Assembly (NCBI GenBank): GCA_026982695.1
Contig: JALSGS010000013.1
Span: 22,133 to 86,132, forward strand
From: Saprospiraceae bacterium
GTDB taxonomy: Bacteria; Bacteroidota; Bacteroidia; Chitinophagales; Saprospiraceae
DNA length: 64,000 bases
Reading direction: 5' to 3'
In this document: piece after piece, positions 58,256 through 64,000 of the stretch
How the letters are laid out: each line of letters starts with the position of its first letter
Numbering within the stretch: the first letter of the stretch is position 1
Program-made: the position numbers and the translations under genes
The notes under the pieces: model-generated
What the model was told of the DNA's origin: nothing
The model's input: only the letters and a program-made list of their open reading frames with translations
The model's database searches: none

Positions 58256-58972
58256 TCAAACCTCGACCAACAAACGCACCACCTCTCTATTGGGCTCATC
58301 ACTTTCGATCAGGCCATCACGTAGCCGAATGATGCGATGGGCATGGCGTGAAATGTCCATCTCATGGGTCACCAAAATAATGGTGTTACCCTCGGCATGT
58401 ATCCGTTCAAACAACTCCATGATTTCATAACTCGTCTTAGAATCCAAGTTGCCTGTAGGCTCATCAGCTAAAATGAGAGAAGGCTCATTGACTAACGCCC
58501 GTGCTACAGCCACGCGCTGGCGCTGCCCCCCAGACAACTCGTTTGGCCTGTGATGCATCCTATCCCCCAAGCCTACCAGCTCTAACATACGAGCAGCACG
58601 CTCCATACGCTCAGCCTTTCCTATCCCAGCATACACCAATGGGAGGGCTACATTGTCCAAAGCCGTCAAGCGAGGTAACAAATTGAATGTTTGAAATACA
58701 AACCCAATCTCTTTGTTGCGGATTTCAGCTAGGTCATCATCGTCCAATTCGCTGACTAACTGACCATTCAAGTAGTAACTACCACTAGTGGGCGTATCCA
58801 GACAACCCAGCAAGTTCATCAAAGTAGATTTTCCCGAGCCCGAAGGCCCCATCAGCGCCACATACTCGTTGCGGGAAATATCTATGGTAATTGACTTGAG
58901 TGCTTCCACAACAGTAGCCCCCATCTGATATACTTTCTTCAACGCTCGTGTTGAGATAATGGGTCCCATCAA
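58256..58972 (-). CDS. ABC transporter ATP-binding protein (MacB/LolD/FtsE-like subfamily)
   Basis: Walker [11 protein letters not shown]-loop [10 protein letters not shown], signature [15 protein letters not shown], Walker [12 protein letters not shown]. No permease gene is adjacent. Confidence 0.85.
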   Translation of the reverse strand: MMGPIISTRALKKVYQMGATVVEALKSITIDISRNEYVALMGPSGSGKSTLMNLLGCLDTPTSGSYYLNGQLVSELDDDDLAEIRNKEIGFVFQTFNLLPRLTALDNVALPLVYAGIGKAERMERAARMLELVGLGDRMHHRPNELSGGQRQRVAVARALVNEPSLILADEPTGNLDSKTSYEIMELFERIHAEGNTIILVTHEMDISRHAHRIIRLRDGLIESDEPNREVVRLLVEV

Positions 58973-58986
58973 CCAATAATTTTGGG

Positions 58987-59292
58987 TTAAGTCGATTTGC
59001 TTTTGGATTGAATCACTTTGGGCACTCTAAAAAAGATACCATCTGTGTCAGGGGCATTGCGCAAAGCCTCCTCTCGGCTCAGCTGACCACACACCTCATC
59101 AGCCCGCCAATTATTCCACACATCTGTAATATGTGTCAAGGGCATCACCTCACTCAAATCTAGCTCACTTAGCTTATCCACCATGGACAACATCTTCTCC
59201 AGATCGGCCCGCAAGCGTTCGCGTTCGCTTCCCCTCAAACGCAAACGCGTCAGTAACTCGAGTCGTGAAATTAGTTTATCGTCTATATGCAT
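58987..59292 (-). CDS. gatC: Asp-tRNA(Asn)/Glu-tRNA(Gln) amidotransferase subunit C
   Basis: Start trimmed to [19 protein letters not shown]. Motifs: [23 protein letters not shown]...WRADEV and FFRVPKVI. Confidence 0.85.
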   Translation of the reverse strand: MHIDDKLISRLELLTRLRLRGSERERLRADLEKMLSMVDKLSELDLSEVMPLTHITDVWNNWRADEVCGQLSREEALRNAPDTDGIFFRVPKVIQSKSKST

Positions 59293-59498
59293 ATCAATTT
59301 TTTGGATTTTCACTGCAAAAATATAGTCAAACGAATAGCTTTTCAGCATCCAGCTCATCCTCACTCATAACAGAGACCCAGATACAAGCCACGCTCAAGC
59401 AATTTTTCACTTAATTTTGGCCCCCAAAATAGTACATCGACAAACAGATCCAATACACCTCATCAACGATACCCCTTTTTGACAGCAACAACTATGAC

Positions 59499-60137
59499 AT
59501 GCACAAACCTAATAAGATCAAATATGTAGCTATTGCTGGCAATATTGGTGCTGGCAAAACAACGCTATGTACCAAACTAGGTAAATATTACGGATGGGAT
59601 GTCTTGTATGAATCTGCTGATGACAATCCCTATCTGAGCGACTTTTACCACGACATGAAACGGTGGGCCTTCAACCTCCAGATTTATTTCCTACACACGC
59701 GATACCAACAGGTCCTCAACATTCTTAAGGGAGAACGAACCGTCATCCAAGATCGTACCATCTACGAAGATGCCCACATATTCGCCCCGAACCTGCACGA
59801 CATGGGCTTAATGAGCAAACGAGACTTCGAAAGTTACCAGGCACTTTTTCACACCATGACCTCCCAAATACAACCCCCCGACCTGCTTATCTACCTGCGT
59901 GCCAGCATACCGACACTTGTGGGTCACATCCAAACCAGAGGACGCGACTACGAAGGTAATATGAGCCTAGACTATCTCAAACGGCTCAACCAGCGCTACG
60001 AAAACTGGATTGGCAGCTACAATCAAGGCCCTTTGCTCATACTCAATGCCGATGAGCTCGACTTCGAAAACAACCCCGAAGATATGGGGAAAGTTATTGA
60101 AATGGTCGATCGCGAAATTCACGGTCTTTTCGTGTAG
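59499..60137 (+). CDS. Deoxynucleoside kinase
   Basis: P-loop IAIAGNIGAGKTTL, ESADDNPYLSDFY, DRTIYED, and an Arg-rich lid RGRDYE. Confidence 0.85.
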   Translation: MHKPNKIKYVAIAGNIGAGKTTLCTKLGKYYGWDVLYESADDNPYLSDFYHDMKRWAFNLQIYFLHTRYQQVLNILKGERTVIQDRTIYEDAHIFAPNLHDMGLMSKRDFESYQALFHTMTSQIQPPDLLIYLRASIPTLVGHIQTRGRDYEGNMSLDYLKRLNQRYENWIGSYNQGPLLILNADELDFENNPEDMGKVIEMVDREIHGLFV

Positions 60138-60213
60138 CCCCTAAAGCGAAAAACTAACTTTCTGCAAAAGGCATCTATACTAAACTAATACTAAAACTAC
60201 ATCATCGGCAGTA

Positions 60214-61197
60214 ATGCGGTTTCCCAAAGGCACTCAAGTAATTGTCCGTACTACAGGCGCACGCGGCGTAGTGATCGACTATTTGGGCCCACAAATCGCA
60301 AAGATCCAACTAGACAAAGGGCATGTGGTGCGCATCCACATCGATGCTCTCCAACAAGCAGGTACCACCTCAACTTCACCAAAAGCTATCTCTACAAGTA
60401 CAAGCATGCGCCTTGGCTTTATTCCCCACTTTGGCGCACAAGCCTGGCCGGACTTTTACCACATCTACCTGATCAACAACACGACCCAAGCATTTAACTA
60501 TCGCATCACACTATACATTGGCCCACGGGAAGAAGAGCGATGGGAAGGATACATCCAGCCTTTTACTCCTACTTTATTGGGTAGGTTATACTATGACGAG
60601 CTCAACGAAAGTCCTAGCTTTCACATACAATTTTGGCGCAGCACCACGGCAGGACCACAAAAAGCCCGTCCCATCCAATTGCGGCTACGGCCAAAAACCT
60701 TCTTCAAACAAATAGATACCTTGCCATTACTCCAAAAAGAAGGGCATTGGCTTGCCATTCACCCTTCTTTTCCCACTCACGACGACAAAGAAGACCTCAA
60801 GCAGTACACCCAAAAACGAGCCATAACACCACGACAAAGGCAACGGTACGATGAGCTCTACGCCGAATTTCAGCCGACAACTAGCCCAAAAGACTTCGCC
60901 ACCTTCGTCCCAGAAATCGATCTGCATATCGAAAAGCTCACCGACCAATCGCAAAAAATGAACAGCTCCCAAATACTCCACACCCAACTAGCTGCTATGG
61001 AAGCCTTCCTAGAAAAGGCTGTTCGGTTAGGTGTACCTAAAGTCTTCCTCATCCATGGTATAGGCAAAGGCCGGCTACGCAACGAAATCGCCACACGCCT
61101 TATCCAACACCCCTATGTAAAACACTTTCAGAATGAATATCACCCACGCTATGGATATGGAGCCACAGAAGTCTTCTTGAATACAGATCCCCAATAA
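60214..61197 (+). CDS. Smr domain-containing protein (MutS2 C-terminal-like)
   Basis: C-terminal Smr domain: EIDLHIEKL....LEKAVRLGVPKVFLIHGIGKGRLRNEIATRLIQHPYVKHF. N-terminal KOW/SH3-like FPKGTQVIVRTTGARGVVI. Confidence 0.75.
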   Translation: MRFPKGTQVIVRTTGARGVVIDYLGPQIAKIQLDKGHVVRIHIDALQQAGTTSTSPKAISTSTSMRLGFIPHFGAQAWPDFYHIYLINNTTQAFNYRITLYIGPREEERWEGYIQPFTPTLLGRLYYDELNESPSFHIQFWRSTTAGPQKARPIQLRLRPKTFFKQIDTLPLLQKEGHWLAIHPSFPTHDDKEDLKQYTQKRAITPRQRQRYDELYAEFQPTTSPKDFATFVPEIDLHIEKLTDQSQKMNSSQILHTQLAAMEAFLEKAVRLGVPKVFLIHGIGKGRLRNEIATRLIQHPYVKHFQNEYHPRYGYGATEVFLNTDPQ

Positions 61198-61218
61198 ATA
61201 AAGTGTACACTCAAAAGT

Positions 61219-63882
61219 TTAAGTGTCCATACGCCGAAAGCCAATCGATTTAGAGCTGTACACTGAAGTACTCTTATTGGGTTCAAACACCTGGACATCT
61301 TCCAACGTCAATTCTACACTCGACACGCGCTCGCGCTCTTCAGGCGTGAGCTGTGCTAAGCGCAAATTGTGCCGCTTCACTACCTCATCTACAATAGAAC
61401 GCACCGTACGCGCATTACCAAAGTATTTATCGCGCACCTTATACAACCAGCTAAGGTATTGAGACAAGTGTTTTTTCGCAGCAGGTGCCAACACTAACCC
61501 TTGTTCCTCAATCATACTGATGGCTATTTCCATGAGCTCAGCAGGCGTATAATCTTCAAATTGCAACATTTTGTCAAAGCGCGAACTCAACCCTGGATTG
61601 GCCTTGAGAAATGCATCCATGTTTTCAGGATATCCTGCCACAAAGACAAAAAACTCACCCCGCCTATCTTCCATGCGCTTCAAGATTGTCTGAATAGCTT
61701 CATCACCAAAGTCATGCCCCATACCAGTACGAGCTGTCAATGCATAGGCCTCATCAATAAATAACACACCCCCCATAGCCTCGTCTAGTTTGTCTGCCGT
61801 CTTGATGGCAGTTTGCCCCACATAGCCAGCTACCAATCCTTGTCGGTCCGTCTCAACCATATGGCCTCGCTCCAGTAAACCCAATGCCTTATAGATCTTG
61901 GTAAGAATACGAGCTACTGTCGTCTTGCCCGTACCTGGATTGCCCACAAAAACTGTGTGCAAAGAAAAGCTGTTGAGCACATCGCGCCCACTAGCTCTGA
62001 AATAACGTACTAAGTGCACCATCTCGCGTATCTGCTCCTTGACCTTGCGCAACCCCACCAGACGATTTAACTCGTCAAGAGAAGCTCGAAGCAGGGCCTC
62101 ATCAATGGGGATCGCCGGTAATGAACGCTTCAACTTGATCTCTATGCGCTGCACATCTTTGAGTGTAATAGTGGATAGCGCTTCTTCAGTCAACTCATCC
62201 GGATTGTCTATTTCCATAATGCGCAGCCCCAAGTTGATCTTCGCCTTTTCAATAATATCGTATACAAAACGCGCATTGCCAAAAGAGCGATCGCGATTGC
62301 GATATGCCTCCAAGATAATCTCGTCAATTTTGGCCTTAGCACCCGCTGTAAGCCGCACTTTCATTTCCTTACACGCATAGTCGGCAATCTGAGAAAGCTC
62401 CTGAGGCAAATAATCCGAAAACTCAAACTTGAGCTTAAATCGCGACTTAAGGCCAGGGTTAGAATCCAAAAACTGCTGCATCTCCTTAGGGTAGCCAGCC
62501 ACAATCACTGCCAAATCACCTCTACCATTCGACATCTCCTTCACCAGTATTTCAATCACTTCCCGCCCGAAATCTTTTGTGTCATCTTGCGAGCGTGCCA
62601 AAGAGTAAGCCTCATCAATGAATAATACACCCCCACGTGCCTTCTCAATCGCCTCTTTGACCTTCGGCGCAGTCTGTCCGATATACTCCCCCACCAAATC
62701 TACTCGATCGACTTCATGCACATGCCCTCGCGACAATAGCCCCATTTTCTTATACAACCTACCCATCATTTTAGCTACTGTCGTCTTGCCCGTACCCGGA
62801 TTGCCAATAAAAATGGAGTGCACATTGGTAAAACTCGGTTCCTCAATGCCCTTGCTACGCCGCAATTGCAAAAAGCGAATGTACTGTGCATGCTCGCGTA
62901 CCTGTTTCTTGATATCCTCTAGCCCAATAAGCGCCTCCAGCTCACGCATCACTTCCTCAAACGAAAGATTGAGATCTGTGTGCAGTTCGATGAATCTCTT
63001 CGGTTGCCTACTAGGTAACCACACTTCTGGCATACCCTCCTTAAAGTGCCTCCCCACCTCAAAAGGTACCACCGCCAGCAAATGATCCATGAACACCAGC
63101 TCACAGGTATAGCGCCCAGGATACCAGCTTCCCTTTACGTTGGATCCCCACCCAGCCGTAAACTCAAAATAGTCTTCGCCCTCTGGCACTTCTAATACCT
63201 TCTGCACCTGCCCCTTAAGCTCTCTGGCCTCATTGAAAAACTTGAGAAAGAACTCTCCTCGCCAGCTTCTGCGAAGAAAATTGTTGCGCAAACGTACCTT
63301 AGCGAAGATATACCTAGTAGCCTCACTATCGAAAGCCACAAAAGGAACACTCCCATTCTCTCCTTCTATATCTTCCTCGCTATCTATATCTAGGCCCTCT
63401 GCAGGACCTTCGTGCAGAAAAAAACGATCTACATCCACAAGTGCATACAAGGGGCCACTGTCCTTGCCAAAATCTTCAATATAAAAAGTTCGTCGCCCCA
63501 ACAACTGGTTATCCACCCATGCCTCCCACACATAGCTTCCTGGCGGCCAAAAACTACCACGCACCTTATTCCCCCATCCTTCACGGATGTACACAATCTG
63601 GTCTTTTCGGCTAATCTTACGGCGCGGTGTCAACTGAACCAATTCCTTCTCTTCTCCCTTTTCTTGGCGCAAACAGCGCAAAATCATTTCCCCTTCCCAG
63701 TCAGCATCTTCATACCACAAATTGTATAAAGAAAGCTCCACATAGAGAAAAGAAAGCTCCCACCGATGAAATACTTCTCGGTATTTCTTCTTATTCTCAG
63801 CCAGCCAATCTTTATCGGCATATACCTTTAAATCGCGAAACTTGAATTTTGGCCTCGCCTTATTTGGATCATTTACTGCCAT
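61219..63882 (-). CDS. Tandem double AAA+ ATPase of the CbbX/SpoVK/EccA-like clade with a duplicated N-terminal domain
   Basis: Two modules, each with LIGLE/LVGLRKVK...R, Walker A GNPGTGKTTVA(K/R), GYVGQTA/EYIGQTA, Walker B GGVLFIDEAY(S/A)L, VIVAGY/VFVAGYP and NPGL(K/S)SRF. The N-terminal ~300 aa contain two copies of a module ending GWG..V(R/K)GS(F)W.PG.Y..E. Confidence 0.85.
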   Translation of the reverse strand: MAVNDPNKARPKFKFRDLKVYADKDWLAENKKKYREVFHRWELSFLYVELSLYNLWYEDADWEGEMILRCLRQEKGEEKELVQLTPRRKISRKDQIVYIREGWGNKVRGSFWPPGSYVWEAWVDNQLLGRRTFYIEDFGKDSGPLYALVDVDRFFLHEGPAEGLDIDSEEDIEGENGSVPFVAFDSEATRYIFAKVRLRNNFLRRSWRGEFFLKFFNEARELKGQVQKVLEVPEGEDYFEFTAGWGSNVKGSWYPGRYTCELVFMDHLLAVVPFEVGRHFKEGMPEVWLPSRQPKRFIELHTDLNLSFEEVMRELEALIGLEDIKKQVREHAQYIRFLQLRRSKGIEEPSFTNVHSIFIGNPGTGKTTVAKMMGRLYKKMGLLSRGHVHEVDRVDLVGEYIGQTAPKVKEAIEKARGGVLFIDEAYSLARSQDDTKDFGREVIEILVKEMSNGRGDLAVIVAGYPKEMQQFLDSNPGLKSRFKLKFEFSDYLPQELSQIADYACKEMKVRLTAGAKAKIDEIILEAYRNRDRSFGNARFVYDIIEKAKINLGLRIMEIDNPDELTEEALSTITLKDVQRIEIKLKRSLPAIPIDEALLRASLDELNRLVGLRKVKEQIREMVHLVRYFRASGRDVLNSFSLHTVFVGNPGTGKTTVARILTKIYKALGLLERGHMVETDRQGLVAGYVGQTAIKTADKLDEAMGGVLFIDEAYALTARTGMGHDFGDEAIQTILKRMEDRRGEFFVFVAGYPENMDAFLKANPGLSSRFDKMLQFEDYTPAELMEIAISMIEEQGLVLAPAAKKHLSQYLSWLYKVRDKYFGNARTVRSIVDEVVKRHNLRLAQLTPEERERVSSVELTLEDVQVFEPNKSTSVYSSKSIGFRRMDT

Positions 63883-64000
63883 CGCAAAACATTAAGTCCA
63901 TCCCTTAATTAAATATTCCATCCATCCAGCAATCGAATCACTCAAACTTAGTTGTATCATCTCGATGGCCACAAAATAAAAGGCTGTGAGACAGCTTGTC

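Noticed and set aside
61203-61212. Perfect 10-nt palindrome AGTGTACACT between the convergent Smr and AAA+ genes.
   Set aside because: It is too short, has no loop to act as a terminator, and is not followed by a U-tract. It is likely chance.
1-64000. Window-wide search for mobile elements, prophage genes, toxin-antitoxin pairs of normal size, restriction-modification, CRISPR-Cas or other known defence modules, and for tRNA/rRNA genes.
   Set aside because: No transposase, integrase, recombinase, phage structural, methyltransferase or endonuclease signatures were seen in any frame. No cloverleaf-like or rRNA-like segments occur in the intergenic regions. Gene content and density are typical of a core chromosomal region.

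Overview
The window looks like 64 kb of chromosomal core DNA from a Bacteroidota organism. The phylum call rests on a giant surface protein ending in the gliding-motility type-B T9SS C-terminal sorting domain, SprB-like repeats, a GWxTD protein, a Bacteroidota-type LptD next to an AmiC/SPOR amidase, TAnnTTTG-like promoter boxes and little use of Shine-Dalgarno sites. I cannot assign a genus. About 50 genes are packed tightly. Recognisable housekeeping genes are leuC-leuD-leuB-leuA, rplS, recN, fabI, gatC, mazG, a deoxynucleoside kinase, PBP1A, threonine aldolase and an ITPase (YjjX). Envelope, signalling and transport genes include an ECF sigma / anti-sigma / MgtC-DUF4010 cluster, an orphan 1276-aa multi-TM histidine kinase, ABC transporters and an MFS-UMF1 transporter. 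I found no rRNA, tRNA, CRISPR array, transposase, integrase, prophage or recognisable defence genes, and no convincing large novel multi-gene system. Six loci merit a second look. (1) A 1.1-kb apparently empty spacer holds two paralogous unannotated mini-ORFs (32 and 27 aa, one TM helix plus a basic tail), with similar hairpin leaders and a clean terminator after the first. (2) A textbook cobalamin riboswitch is missed by the ORF track and covered by spurious ORFs. It drives a stand-alone beta-propeller lipoprotein with no transporter partner. (3) A 2746-aa modular T9SS adhesin has in-frame 366-nt DNA repeats and no adjacent PorP/SprF gene. (4) A tandem CbbX/SpoVK-type double AAA+ ATPase carries a duplicated N-terminal domain that I could not identify. 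(5) A three-gene minus-strand operon encodes a Cys-cluster mini membrane protein, a CDP-alcohol phosphatidyltransferase and an LtaS-like transferase. (6) An orphan minus-strand intrinsic terminator with a -7-like box suggests an sRNA or micro-gene. All calls come from reading the translations and the sequence by eye; no searches were run.
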